Source: Tepidisphaera sp. (GTDB taxonomy: Bacteria; Planctomycetota; Phycisphaerae; Phycisphaerales; UBA1924). Taken from it: a stretch of 64,000 nucleotides of DNA. Location: positions 3,072,001 through 3,136,000 of the forward strand of contig CP051526.1 of the NCBI GenBank assembly GCA_050916045.1, given 5' to 3'. Below are positions 27,703 to 38,040 of the stretch, piece after piece. Under the pieces are notes generated by a model. The model saw nothing but the letters and a program-made list of their open reading frames with translations. It searched no databases and was not told the origin of the DNA. The first letter of the stretch is position 1. Each line of letters starts with the position of its first letter. The position numbers and the translations under genes are program-made.

Positions 27703-29778
27703 TCAGTTCGCGTTGGGAGCGTCACGCTGCGTCTGCGGCCCCGACGCGCGGAGCTTCCCGAGCCGCTCACGGATCTTGGAAGCTTCGACGGCCTCGCCCC
27801 TGTCGTCCAGCGCCTCCGCCAGCATCGCGAGGGCTTGAACGTGCCGGGGAGCCGCCTCGATCGCCGCTCGGAGGTACTTCTCCGCGTTCTCGCGTTCACC
27901 GCTCAGGATCGCGATGAGCGCACGCCCGACAAGCAGGTCGGGGTTGCGCGGGCGGGCTTTGATCGCGGCGTCGAGGCGCTCGCGGGCCTGCGCGGCGTCC
28001 CCGGAGAGCGCGAGCAGGCGCGCGGCTTCCACCTGCGTGGCCGGGTCGGTCGCGGCGCCGGAGTGGAACGCGCGGGCGATCCACGCCTTCGCATCCTCGA
28101 ACTTACCCTCCATCGCAAAGAGCGTGGCTTTGGAAAGCGCGGCGGCGCCCGGCGCGGGGTGGTCGGCGATGATCGCATCAAACTGCTGGTGCATGTCGGC
28201 GGGTGCCTTCCGCTCCAGCGACATGATCTGAAGCAGGTCGGCGGCCAGGAGCATGCTCTGCGGCTTCTCGCGCTTGAGGATCTCAACCGCCGCTTCTCGC
28301 GCCCCGGCGAGGTCGCGAAGAACGAGCTTGGCCTGCGCCAAACGGTGCGTGTCGATCGGCGCGAGGTCCCAGCCCAGACCGCCGTCGCGCCACGCGTCCG
28401 ACCGCTCGAGCTTGGCTTTCACCGTCTCGGCCAGCGTGCGGGCCTGCTCGGACGGTTTGTAATCGGGAGCGAAGGTGTTCGCCCGATCGGTGTTCAGTTG
28501 CTGCATCATGCGGTAGTGGTCCACCGCCGCCGTATCGCGGAGGTAGAGCCGCACAAAGCCGGACCAGACCGTCGCCGCCAGAAGAGTCGCCGTAACCAGC
28601 GCCGTGACGCCGCCCGCCAGCTTCAGCCTGCCCTTGAGCTTGAGCTGAAAGTTCGCCGCTCGCACGTTCGGCTCGCGGATCATCTGCCAGCACTTGGCGA
28701 AGCCGAAGGTCGCCAGCGCCGCCAGCCCCGACGCGAAGAGGAGCGGCACCACGCCCATCGTCCCGCGGATCCCGAAAAGCACCGCCACCCAGACGGCGAA
28801 GAGCACCAGCTCAAACCGCAGAGAGAAGTCGTACCTCGGCGTCCCGCGCGGATGCTCGGCCCGGCGGGCTTTGGCTTCCTCATCGCGCGGCGTCGCGAGG
28901 ATCGCCGGCTTGCCGATGCCGAAGGAGAGCGCGTTGTTGGGGCAGACACTCACACAGTCCAAGCACTTCATGCAGCCGGGATCAACGACCATCCCGTAGT
29001 CCCGGACCTCTTCGTGCACGCGGACGTTGCTGGTGCAGACCGCGGTGCAGTGCCCGCAGTGCTCGCAGTTGTCGTTCACGATGATCCGAGCCGGAGCCAG
29101 CCGGTCAACCGGCGCGAAGAGCGCGCCGTACGGGCACCCGTACGTGCAGTACCCCTTGGCTCCGAGAAAGTACACCACGACAAACCCGCACACGAAAAGG
29201 AAGGGCACGGCGATCGCGACCGGAGGGAACGTCGCCCACAGATCCTCGACAAACAGGTGCGTCTCAAGGCCGGGCCACGGGGCCGAACGCCCGAAGTACA
29301 GCGGGAGCGACTCGCCAAAGACGGGCGTCAGCACCCAACGGTGGAACGCCGGCCACGCGAACATGTACAGCGCCATCACCATCGTGCCCCACAGGAGCAG
29401 CCGCGTCCGGAACGGCTTGGGATGGATCCCCACCTTCTTCATCATCCACGAGCACGCATCCTGCAGCGCAACGACGTGGCACCCCCACCCGCAGAACCAC
29501 CGCCCCAGAATCAGCGTCGAAAGCAGGATCGCGATGAGCAGGATCGCCCCAGGGTTCAGCACCCCCGAGCGGATCGTCTCCATCGCTTCCGACGGCTCGA
29601 CCGGTGCAAGCGTCGACCGCACGCCGTCATCCGTGCCGGACTTCCACCAGAAGTACAGATGCAGCGCGATCGCGACATGCACGAGCACCAACACGACCAC
29701 ACGCCACTTCGACGCCCGCGACTTCTTGATCCGGCCAGCTCCTCCCCCACCCTCGCCGGGGAGAACGGTGAGCGACAC
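27703..29778 (-). CDS. Membrane 4Fe-4S (NapH/YccM-like) protein with C-terminal TPRs
   Basis: GRWFCGWGC, CTYGCPYG, CEHCGHCTAVC, CMKCLDCVSVCP, TPR-like tail; start codon inferred. Confidence 0.85.
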   Translation of the reverse strand: MSLTVLPGEGGGGAGRIKKSRASKWRVVVLVLVHVAIALHLYFWWKSGTDDGVRSTLAPVEPSEAMETIRSGVLNPGAILLIAILLSTLILGRWFCGWGCHVVALQDACSWMMKKVGIHPKPFRTRLLLWGTMVMALYMFAWPAFHRWVLTPVFGESLPLYFGRSAPWPGLETHLFVEDLWATFPPVAIAVPFLFVCGFVVVYFLGAKGYCTYGCPYGALFAPVDRLAPARIIVNDNCEHCGHCTAVCTSNVRVHEEVRDYGMVVDPGCMKCLDCVSVCPNNALSFGIGKPAILATPRDEEAKARRAEHPRGTPRYDFSLRFELVLFAVWVAVLFGIRGTMGVVPLLFASGLAALATFGFAKCWQMIREPNVRAANFQLKLKGRLKLAGGVTALVTATLLAATVWSGFVRLYLRDTAAVDHYRMMQQLNTDRANTFAPDYKPSEQARTLAETVKAKLERSDAWRDGGLGWDLAPIDTHRLAQAKLVLRDLAGAREAAVEILKREKPQSMLLAADLLQIMSLERKAPADMHQQFDAIIADHPAPGAAALSKATLFAMEGKFEDAKAWIARAFHSGAATDPATQVEAARLLALSGDAAQARERLDAAIKARPRNPDLLVGRALIAILSGERENAEKYLRAAIEAAPRHVQALAMLAEALDDRGEAVEASKIRERLGKLRASGPQTQRDAPNAN

Positions 29779-29931
29779 GGTGCGGGAGTTGTCGGCGCAG
29801 TGTGCGGGCACGTTGGAGGGTAGGAGTTTGGAGGCCGGGTGGGGCTCTGTCCGGCCCCCGCGCCCAGGAAAGCCGCTCCAGACCGCCGCCTGGCGTGCAT
29901 CCCGGTCGCCCTCTTCTGGTACGATCGCGCC

Positions 29932-32900
29932 ATGAAGCTCTTCTCCCGTTGCACGCTGACCACGTCCGTCGCCGTCCTCTGCTTCCTCGCTCTCGCCCCC
30001 GCCGCCTTCGCCCAGCACCGGCACCACAAGCAGGGCGACCGGTTCCGGCCCGGCCAGGACTTCCTGAACACACCCTTCGGCAGCGACCAGCCCGAAGCCC
30101 CCAAGAAGGACGAGCCCGAAGACCCCACCAAGCTCACCACCGCCAAGTTCGCGGGGCTCAAAGCCCGCGGCGGGATCGGTGCCGCTCAACTCTCCGGCCG
30201 CGTCAGCGACATCGCCGTCAATCCGAACAAACGGAGCGAGTGGTACGTCGGCGTCGCGAGCGGCGGCTTGTGGAAAACCACCAACAGCGGCCTCACCTTC
30301 ACGCCGATCTTCGACTCCTACGGCAGCTATTCCATCGGCTGCGTCACGATCGACCCGAACAACGACAGCGTCATCTGGGTTGGCACCGGCGAGAACAACA
30401 GCCAGCGGAGCGTCGCCTGGGGCGACGGCGTCTACGTCTCGCGCGACGGCGGCAAGAGCTTCACCAACGTCGGTCTGAAGGATTCCGGCAGCATCGGCAT
30501 GATCCGCGTCGACCCGCGCGACAGCAACACCGTATTCGTCCCCGCTTTCGGCCCGCTCTGGAGCGACGGCGGCGACCGCGGCCTCTTCAAGACCACCGAC
30601 GGCGGCAAGAGCTGGGAAAAGGTCCTCGAACTCGGCGAACAGACCGGCGTCAGCGAGGTCCACATGGATCCGCGCGACCCGAGCATCATGTACGCCACCG
30701 CTTACCAGCGCCGGCGGCATGTCTGGACCCTCATCAACGGCGGGCCCAACGGCGGCATCCACAAAAGCACCGACAACGGAGCCACCTGGCGCAAGCTCTC
30801 CAGCGGCCTCCCCTCCGGTGATGTCGGCCGAATCGGCATGACCGTCAGCCCCGCCAACCCCGACGTCCTCTACGCCATCGTCGAAGCCCAGGCCGACAAA
30901 AGCGGCACCTACCGCTCCACCGATCGCGGCGAAAGCTGGGAAAAGCGGAGCGGCTACATCTCAAGCAGCCCGCAGTACTACCAGGAGCTCATCGCCGATC
31001 CCAAGAACGTCGACCGCTTCTACTCCATGGATGTCTTCCTCCACGTCACCGACGACGGCGGCAAGACCATGAAGCGCGTCGAGCACAAGAACGTCCACGT
31101 CGACTGGCACGCCCTTGTGATCAACCCCGACAACACCGACCATCTCCTCGGCGGCAACGACGGCGGCGTCTACGAGACCTGGGACCGGGCCAACTGGCGA
31201 TTCTTCCCCAACCTCCCCATCAAGCAGTACTACCGCGTCGCCGTCGACAACTCCGAGCCCTTCTACTTCATCTACGGCGGCACGCAGGACAACAACACCC
31301 ACGGCGGCCCCTCCCGCACCACCGAGCTCGCCGGCATCACCAACGAGGACTGGTTCGTCACCGTCGGCGGTGACGGCTTCGAACCCGCCGTCGACCCCGT
31401 GGACCCCAACATCGTCTATAGCCAGTGGCAGGACGGCGGCCTCATCCGCTTTGACCGCAAAAGCGGCGAACAGGTCGACATCCGCCCCGTCGAAAAACGC
31501 GACGACAAGCCGTTCGTCTTCAACTGGGACGCCGCTCTCATCCTCAGCCCGCACAAGCACACCCGCCTCTACTACGCCGGCAACTTCCTCTTCAAAAGCG
31601 ACGACCGCGGCGACTCCTGGACCCGCATCAGCGAAGACCTCACCCGCGGCCTCGACCGCAACAGCTTCAAAGTCATGGGTGTCATCCAGAAGCCCGACGC
31701 CATCGCCAAGCACCGAAGCACCAGCATCTACGGCAGCGGCGTCAGCCTCTCCGAATCCCCCATGAAGGAAGGCCTCATCTACGTCGGCACCGACGACGGC
31801 CTCATCAACGTCACCGAGGATGGCGGCACCACCTGGCGCAAAGTCGAGACCCTCCCCGGCATCTCGGACGTCGCCATGGTCGACGGCAAACAGCTCACAC
31901 TCATCAGCGATGTCGAAGCCAGCCGCCACGTCGAAGGCCGCGTCTTCGCCACCGTCGACAACCATAAGTTCGGCGACTACAAGCCCTACGTCCTCCGAAG
32001 CGACGACAAGGGCCTCACCTGGACCAGCATCACCGGCGACCTCCCCGGCGGCACCGCGTACAGCATCGTCGAGGACCACGTCAACCCCAACCTGCTCTTC
32101 GTCGGCACCGAGTTCGGCGTGCACTTCACGCTCGACGGCGGCACGAGCTGGTTCAAGGTCTCCGGCGTCCCCACCATCGACTGCCGCGATCTTGAGATCC
32201 AGCGGCGCGAGAACGACCTGGTCGTCGCGACATTCGGCCGCGGGTTCTACGTCCTTGACGACTACACCCCGCTCCGCACCGCGAGCAGCGAGATCTTCGC
32301 CAAGGACGCCCACATTTTCCCGATCCGGACGGCTCTCTCGTACGTCCCGCGCTCGCGGCAGGGCGGCACCGACGGCCGCGGCTGGTCCGGCGCGGACTAC
32401 TACGCCGCTCCCAACCCCGCGTTCGGCGCGATCATCACCTACCACCTCAAGGAAAAGCTCAAGACCCGCAAAGAACTGCGTCAGGAAGCCGAGAAAAAGG
32501 ACGACTGGAAGCACGCCACGATCGAGGAACTCCAAGCCGAGGACCGCGAACCCGCCCCCAAAGTCGTCATGATCGTCCGTGACGCCGCAGGCAACGTCCT
32601 CCGACAGCTCGAGGTCTCTCGCGAAGCCGGCCTTCACCGCACGTCTTGGAACCTCCGCTTGCCGCTCACCACGCCCATCCAACTCTCAAGCCGCCAGCTC
32701 GACCCGTGGGAAACCGACCAGGAAGGCCCGCTCGTCCCGCCCGGCACCTATAGCGTGCAGCTCGCCAAAATCGTCGACGGCGTGACCACGATGCTCGACG
32801 CCCCCGTCTCCTTCGAGGTCCGCGACCTCGATGCGGCCACTTTCGCCGCCAAGGGCCAGGCCCGCGCCGAGAAGTTCGAGTTCGAGCGCAAGCTCAGCGA

Positions 32901-33330
32901 CCTCCAGCGGGCGACCGAGGGCGCCGCAAGCGTGCTCGGCGAAGTCTCGAATCGCCTGAACCACCTCCGCAAGGGCATCATGCAGACGCCCGGCCTCGAT
33001 CCGGCCGTCTCGGCCGACCTCGAAACCCTGCGGACCCGCCACGGTGAAATCCAGCGGGCTCTCGGCGGCGACAGCACGCTCGCTGACCGCGCGGTCGCCC
33101 AGGCGCCGAGCATCCGCGAACGCATCGGCAACGCTCTCTATAGCACCCTCAACAGCACCCAGCCCCCCACCAAGACCCACCGCGAGCAATACGACATCGC
33201 AAGCGAACGCTTCGAGAAGATCCTCGCCGACACCAAAGCCCTCGTCGCCGACCTCCAAACCCTCGAAGCCAAGCTCGAAGCAAGCAAAGTCCCCTGGACC
33301 CCGGGCCGCCTGCCCGAATGGAAAAAGTAA
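29932..33330 (+). CDS. Secreted BNR/VPS10 (sortilin-like) beta-propeller glycosyl hydrolase
   Basis: Signal peptide; SGRVSDIA, many SxDxGxxW Asp-boxes, GGTQDN, GGDGF, ATFGRGFY. Confidence 0.9.
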   Translation: MKLFSRCTLTTSVAVLCFLALAPAAFAQHRHHKQGDRFRPGQDFLNTPFGSDQPEAPKKDEPEDPTKLTTAKFAGLKARGGIGAAQLSGRVSDIAVNPNKRSEWYVGVASGGLWKTTNSGLTFTPIFDSYGSYSIGCVTIDPNNDSVIWVGTGENNSQRSVAWGDGVYVSRDGGKSFTNVGLKDSGSIGMIRVDPRDSNTVFVPAFGPLWSDGGDRGLFKTTDGGKSWEKVLELGEQTGVSEVHMDPRDPSIMYATAYQRRRHVWTLINGGPNGGIHKSTDNGATWRKLSSGLPSGDVGRIGMTVSPANPDVLYAIVEAQADKSGTYRSTDRGESWEKRSGYISSSPQYYQELIADPKNVDRFYSMDVFLHVTDDGGKTMKRVEHKNVHVDWHALVINPDNTDHLLGGNDGGVYETWDRANWRFFPNLPIKQYYRVAVDNSEPFYFIYGGTQDNNTHGGPSRTTELAGITNEDWFVTVGGDGFEPAVDPVDPNIVYSQWQDGGLIRFDRKSGEQVDIRPVEKRDDKPFVFNWDAALILSPHKHTRLYYAGNFLFKSDDRGDSWTRISEDLTRGLDRNSFKVMGVIQKPDAIAKHRSTSIYGSGVSLSESPMKEGLIYVGTDDGLINVTEDGGTTWRKVETLPGISDVAMVDGKQLTLISDVEASRHVEGRVFATVDNHKFGDYKPYVLRSDDKGLTWTSITGDLPGGTAYSIVEDHVNPNLLFVGTEFGVHFTLDGGTSWFKVSGVPTIDCRDLEIQRRENDLVVATFGRGFYVLDDYTPLRTASSEIFAKDAHIFPIRTALSYVPRSRQGGTDGRGWSGADYYAAPNPAFGAIITYHLKEKLKTRKELRQEAEKKDDWKHATIEELQAEDREPAPKVVMIVRDAAGNVLRQLEVSREAGLHRTSWNLRLPLTTPIQLSSRQLDPWETDQEGPLVPPGTYSVQLAKIVDGVTTMLDAPVSFEVRDLDAATFAAKGQARAEKFEFERKLSDLQRATEGAASVLGEVSNRLNHLRKGIMQTPGLDPAVSADLETLRTRHGEIQRALGGDSTLADRAVAQAPSIRERIGNALYSTLNSTQPPTKTHREQYDIASERFEKILADTKALVADLQTLEAKLEASKVPWTPGRLPEWKK

Positions 33331-33340
33331 CCCTCTTTCA

Positions 33341-33363
33341 GAGCCCGACGCGCCAGCGAGGGT
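33341..33363 (+). repeat. REP-like short extragenic element, copy 2
   Basis: GAGCCCGACGCGCCAGCGAGGGT, similar to 4418-4443. Confidence 0.45.
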
Positions 33364-33549
33364 GAATCCAAGCGACGCCACAGGACCCAACGGAACTCCC
33401 AACGGACCACACGTCAAATGTGCTCCACGAAGGTGCTCCAACTCAAAGCCAGCTTCTCGCTTTCCTCCCTTACGGAGGAAAGCGAGGTTGCAGCCCTCGA
33501 CATCGGTCCCGACGGCGTGACATACATGGTGCTCGCAAAGCGTACCGCC

Positions 33550-34611
33550 CTACGTACCCGTCGCGTAGACTTCGGACATGCTCGCGCTGGAATGAGAGTT
33601 CACGCCGACGGAGGCAGTCAGTCCAGAGAGCGGTTCAGGCCCGCGGCTGACCAAGAGCAGAACCACGAGTCCCACAACGCTCACAGCGAGGATCCAGACC
33701 TGCATCGAGTTCGGCTGCGGACCATCCCAGTGAAACTGAGCGTGAGAGACGTAAAACCAAAGGCAGGCCGTAACGATCATCGCCACGTGAATCACGCCGA
33801 GCATCACGCTTCTCCGGACGTAAGCTGCGTGATTCACGAGTAGAGCAACAGTACAGGCATGGGCCATGCCAATAACCATCGTATAGAAAAAAAGCTGGAG
33901 AATGTGCACGATCGATGGCTTTGGGCCATCGACCAGGAAGAACTCCGGACGGAATGCCGCAAACCATGCATCCCCAAACCCACCATCACGAACAAGTCTT
34001 CGCGGCGAATGCACCGGGTCGTCGCTCCACACGGCCGGGACGCTCTCCTTCATCAGCACGTCCAAAAGAACACGGTTGTCGATGTAGTTGTGAAGCACGA
34101 AGCCAAACCGAAACCAGAGAAACACGAGCACGAACGGGATGATGATCTGAAGGTACTTGGTCGGAATCTCGACGTCAAGCACCGGCATCTTGTACGAACG
34201 CTCGGGGCGAAGAAGGATCAGGAATCCGATGATCATCAACGCGAGCTGTAGCTTCAAGCTCGTGTCGATAGCATCTCGACCCTGCTCCATCAACTTGAAG
34301 CGATGATCGAGAATGTCCTTCGCACGCTGTGAAAGAGGCTCACTCTGAGCGCCAACCTTGAGCCTCGCAATTCGCTCGCCGCTCAGCGCGTCCGCCGGAG
34401 GCCAGTACGCGGGCGGTGAAGATCCCGTCGCAGTCCCGGACGAACTCGTCTGTGTCGACGGCGGGTATCCCGGAACCGACTCTCCCGTATACCGATGCCC
34501 AAACGTTCCGAACACAATTCCGAGACAAAGGACCGCGACAATCGCAAGCCAGTGCTGCACCGCGAATCGAGCCAGAGCTCTCGTTCGAATCCTCGCCATG
34601 ATTCGGAGCAT
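33550..34611 (-). CDS. Orphan multi-pass membrane protein, atypical composition
   Basis: 353-aa ORF with about 6 hydrophobic segments; more AT-rich than its neighbours. Confidence 0.7.
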   Translation of the reverse strand: MLRIMARIRTRALARFAVQHWLAIVAVLCLGIVFGTFGHRYTGESVPGYPPSTQTSSSGTATGSSPPAYWPPADALSGERIARLKVGAQSEPLSQRAKDILDHRFKLMEQGRDAIDTSLKLQLALMIIGFLILLRPERSYKMPVLDVEIPTKYLQIIIPFVLVFLWFRFGFVLHNYIDNRVLLDVLMKESVPAVWSDDPVHSPRRLVRDGGFGDAWFAAFRPEFFLVDGPKPSIVHILQLFFYTMVIGMAHACTVALLVNHAAYVRRSVMLGVIHVAMIVTACLWFYVSHAQFHWDGPQPNSMQVWILAVSVVGLVVLLLVSRGPEPLSGLTASVGVNSHSSASMSEVYATGT

Positions 34612-34690
34612 AACGGAAGGCGCGCGTCCAGACGCTCAAGACGTGTAGGCCACTCCGTCTTGCACAGCACTGTGCCAACGTCCGGTCACC

Positions 34691-35149
34691 CTACCCCGGC
34701 ACCCCAATATCCTCATTCCAAAGATCCGGCCGCTTCGCGATGAAATCCTCCATCAACGCGATGCACCGCGGGTCATCCACAAGCGTGATGCTCACGCCCG
34801 AAGCGATCAGCCAGTCCTCCCGCCCCCGGAACGTCTGATGCTCCCCGATGATGATCCGCGGAATCCGGTGCAGGATCGCCGTCCCGCTGCACATCGCGCA
34901 CGGCGAAAGCGTCGTCGCCATCGTCAGCGTGTGCCAGTCGCGCCTCCGCCCCGCCGCCCGGATGCACGCCGTCTCCGCGTGCGCCGTCGGATCACCCGTC
35001 TGCACGCGGAGATTGTGCCCCGCCGCGACGATCGTCCCATCCGGAGCACCCAGCGCCGCCCCGATCGGAATCCCCCCCTCGCGCAAGCTCTTGACCGCCT
35101 GCTCATACGCGGCGTCAAGCAAGCGTCGTTCGCGGTCGAGAAGAGCCAT
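34691..35149 (-). CDS. Zinc-dependent nucleoside/cytosine deaminase
   Basis: EGGIPIGA, HAE, TLSPCAMC, IGEHQTF, WNEDIG. Confidence 0.9.
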   Translation of the reverse strand: MALLDRERRLLDAAYEQAVKSLREGGIPIGAALGAPDGTIVAAGHNLRVQTGDPTAHAETACIRAAGRRRDWHTLTMATTLSPCAMCSGTAILHRIPRIIIGEHQTFRGREDWLIASGVSITLVDDPRCIALMEDFIAKRPDLWNEDIGVPG

Positions 35150-35179
35150 GGGGCGTGCTCGCGGAAAGTTGAACCCTGG

Positions 35180-35635
35180 TCAGAACGGAGCGGAACCGCC
35201 GCCCACCGGCTTGCCCTTGGGCTTGACGCCCGGAGCCGACTCACCCGGCTCGCGAAGGTCAAACCCGATGATCCGGGTCTTCGGCACCGCCATCTCGTTC
35301 TTCAGCGACCCGTAGTTGTTGTCGGGAGCCATCTCGTCCCACCTCATCATGTCCGGACGCGTCGAGTTGTCGTACCGGTCATGGAAGAACTGCACCACAA
35401 GCTTGCGGCCCACGGGAATCTCGTACGACCAGATCTCGCTCCCGTCACGCGTATCGCGGAGGAAGACCGTCTTCGGCTGGTCCGACGTGCTGACATACAC
35501 ATTCCCGTCATAGCTCGCTTCAGAACCCCCCTCGCGGTAGGGGTTGCACCCCGAAACCGCCAGAAGCGGCAGAGCAAGCGGCAAAGCAAGTGCGGCCAGC
35601 GCGGAGCGTGAGAAGTTTCGGATCATGCGTGCCAT
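35180..35635 (-). CDS. Hypothetical lipoprotein
   Basis: Lipobox VSGC after a hydrophobic stretch; GAAGGA RBS. Confidence 0.75.
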   Translation of the reverse strand: MARMIRNFSRSALAALALPLALPLLAVSGCNPYREGGSEASYDGNVYVSTSDQPKTVFLRDTRDGSEIWSYEIPVGRKLVVQFFHDRYDNSTRPDMMRWDEMAPDNNYGSLKNEMAVPKTRIIGFDLREPGESAPGVKPKGKPVGGGSAPF

Positions 35636-35749
35636 TTCCTTCCAGGACGGGGGGTCGCCCGGGATTCCGCCGGGCCGATCCGAGTGTAGCGAGGGAATCA
35701 TCGACCGGTTCGTCCGCCGCTCTGCAGGACTGCCCGGTACAGTCCCGCC

Positions 35750-36229
35750 ATGAGCGCACGGATGAGAATCGGGCACGGTTACGACCTCCACCGGCTTGAA
35801 GCCGGCACCGCCAAGCCGCTGATCCTCGGCGGCGTCCGCATCCCCTGCGACCGCGGCCCCGTCGCCCATTCCGACGGCGATGCCGTCATGCACGCCCTCA
35901 CCGACGCTCTCCTGGGTGCCCTCGGCGAGCCCGACATCGGACAACTCTTCCCCGACACCGCCCCCGAGAACGCCGGCAAAGACTCGGCTTTCTTCCTCGC
36001 CGAAGCCGTCAGACGCGTTCACGCCCGAAGCCTCGCCCTCGTCAACGCCGACATCACCGTCATCCTCGAACGACCCAAGATCGGCCCGCACAAAGCCGCG
36101 ATCATGTCCAACCTGTCCAAGCTCCTCGGCGGCGCTCCCGTCAACCTCAAGGGCAAGACCCACGAGGGCGTCGACGCCGTCGGCCGGGGCGAAGCCGTCG
36201 AAGTGCACGCGGTCGTCCTCCTGGCGTGA
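35750..36229 (+). CDS. ispF: 2-C-methyl-D-erythritol 2,4-cyclodiphosphate synthase
   Basis: RIGHGYDLHRL, HSDGDAVMHALTDALLGA, DIGQLFPD, NLKGKTHE. Confidence 0.97.
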   Translation: MSARMRIGHGYDLHRLEAGTAKPLILGGVRIPCDRGPVAHSDGDAVMHALTDALLGALGEPDIGQLFPDTAPENAGKDSAFFLAEAVRRVHARSLALVNADITVILERPKIGPHKAAIMSNLSKLLGGAPVNLKGKTHEGVDAVGRGEAVEVHAVVLLA

Positions 36230-36248
36230 CCCCGCCCCCCCGCTCGAC

Positions 36249-36313
36249 CAACGCAAGACACGGTGCCCTCTCTCGCTCTCTCCAGCGGGGGCTCAGGCAT
36301 GTGTCTTGCGTTG
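36249..36313. other. Long stem-loop (terminator or part of a structured RNA)
   Basis: CAACGCAAGACAC pairs perfectly with GTGTCTTGCGTTG (13 bp), with further inner pairing. Confidence 0.7.
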
Positions 36314-36368
36314 TAAATAACGACTGCGGCAACACTTGAAGTGCGCTGCGGGCGGAATGAACGCACCC

Positions 36369-36397
36369 AGCATACGGGGTTCTCATCCCGCCGCCAA
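36369..36397 (-). promoter_or_regulatory. Candidate sigma70 promoter with no downstream same-strand CDS
   Basis: TTGGCG-N17-TATGCT on the minus strand. Confidence 0.45.
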
Positions 36398-36473
36398 GAG
36401 AAATCTCGCACCTCCCCAGGGACTTTCGCGGGCCCGATCATTCTCCGAAAATGGGCCCGGCACCTCGGGCCAA

Positions 36474-37997
36474 TCACGGCGAAACTGTGCGCGGCCCCAG
36501 AAGGCGGAGCGAGAACTTCGCCGCTCGCCCCTCCCAAATGGTCCGGCGACCCGTGAGAACGCTTTCACCACCCTCAACCACCTCACCCTCGACCCGAACC
36601 AGCACGAAAGCCTCATCCGGCGGCACGAACGGCCGCAGAAGCGCCGAACTCCAGCGCGGTCGGATGCCGAAACCCTGTTCCATCGCTTCGCGGCGGGCGT
36701 AAAGCAAAACCTCGGGACGGGCTTCGACCGCTCCGTCGGCCCAAACCTCCGCGCCCGGCCCCGGATTGCAAGCCGCGATCGCCCGGCCGATCGCAACGCC
36801 CGCCGGTCGGCCCGACCCACGCCCGCCATCGCCATCACGGGCTCGGTCGGAGATCTGCGCAAACACCAGCCCGGCCCCCACCAGCACCATCGCGACGATC
36901 ATCAGACTGTCTTTCAAATTCGGACGCGCGAGGACCCGCGCGGTAAAGAGCCCGCCGAGCGCAAGCGGCCAAAGCGGCGCGGCGGGCATCGTGTACCGAG
37001 GATTCGACACCCCCACCACCGCGTAGATCACCACCGACGCCACACCCGCCGCCGCAATCGCCAAGATCACCCCGTCCCGAGGAACCACGCTCCTGCGAGC
37101 CGCGAGCGCCGGCCACGCAAGCAACACGAGACTCGACGGCAAAGCGGCGGCGACACCCACCAGCGGAAGCGTCAGGATCGACACGATCTTGCTCGCATCC
37201 CAGAGAAACTCGCCCGGGGACTGCGTGACCGCCACGTCCTTCCGCGCACTCGCAAGCACCGCAAAGACGCCCGCCAGAGCAACAAGCCCCACCGCTCCCG
37301 CCGGCAGCACAGCCCAAAGCCACCGCGAAAGACGCCGACGATCCCCGTCACCTTCGCCACCACCTGAACCAACCGCAAGCCAAAGCGAAGCCCCCAGAGC
37401 CGCCGCCATCACCGGCACCCCCGCCGGACCTTTCGTCAGCACAGCCACAATCAGCCCGATCGCGATCGAACACGCCGGGACGTAGCTTCGGGCAAGAGAA
37501 AGCCGCCGACGAACGCCCGCGTCCAGCATGCCCAGACAGGCAAGCTGCACGCCGAACGTGTGGAGAGCTTCAATCTCGGCGGAGCGGCCGGCTTCCCAGA
37601 GGAATGGAGTCAGGACCTGCGCCAAGCCCGCGACAAGCCCGCTCGCCGGACCGAACCAGCGCCGCGCGAACCACCACGCGACGACCCCCATCACCGTGCA
37701 CGCAAACGCGGAAACCGCTCGCGCCGCGAACTCGGTCTGTCCAAAGACCGCCGACGAAGCCGCAATCGCCCACATCATCCCCGGCGGCTTCCGCGAATAC
37801 GCCTCGCCGAACATCCGCGTGACGACATAGTCGCCCGTGTCCATCATCTCCCACGCGGGGATGACTCTCAGCCCCTCGGACATCGAAAGGCCCGTCGAGC
37901 CAAGCCCGATCCAGAAGACAATCACGCTCGCGACGAGCACGCCGAGCAGGTCCTTCATCGCGCTCCGCGGCGCGTCGAGGTCGGATGTCGTCGTCAT
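36474..37997 (-). CDS. ArnT/GT39-like membrane glycosyltransferase
   Basis: EGLR...AWEM..TGDY, KPPG..W, EFAAR, LTKGP, RY..PA.P; many TM helices. Confidence 0.85.
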   Translation of the reverse strand: MTTTSDLDAPRSAMKDLLGVLVASVIVFWIGLGSTGLSMSEGLRVIPAWEMMDTGDYVVTRMFGEAYSRKPPGMMWAIAASSAVFGQTEFAARAVSAFACTVMGVVAWWFARRWFGPASGLVAGLAQVLTPFLWEAGRSAEIEALHTFGVQLACLGMLDAGVRRRLSLARSYVPACSIAIGLIVAVLTKGPAGVPVMAAALGASLWLAVGSGGGEGDGDRRRLSRWLWAVLPAGAVGLVALAGVFAVLASARKDVAVTQSPGEFLWDASKIVSILTLPLVGVAAALPSSLVLLAWPALAARRSVVPRDGVILAIAAAGVASVVIYAVVGVSNPRYTMPAAPLWPLALGGLFTARVLARPNLKDSLMIVAMVLVGAGLVFAQISDRARDGDGGRGSGRPAGVAIGRAIAACNPGPGAEVWADGAVEARPEVLLYARREAMEQGFGIRPRWSSALLRPFVPPDEAFVLVRVEGEVVEGGESVLTGRRTIWEGRAAKFSLRLLGPRTVSP

Positions 37998-38040
37998 GCT
38001 GGTCAGTCTAGCGGCATGCTCAATGACGCGGCGAGCAACG

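Noticed and set aside
29779..30762. N-terminal extension of the 1019-aa minus ORF
   Set aside because: Antisense to the VPS10 gene; a stop-poor frame typical of high-GC DNA.
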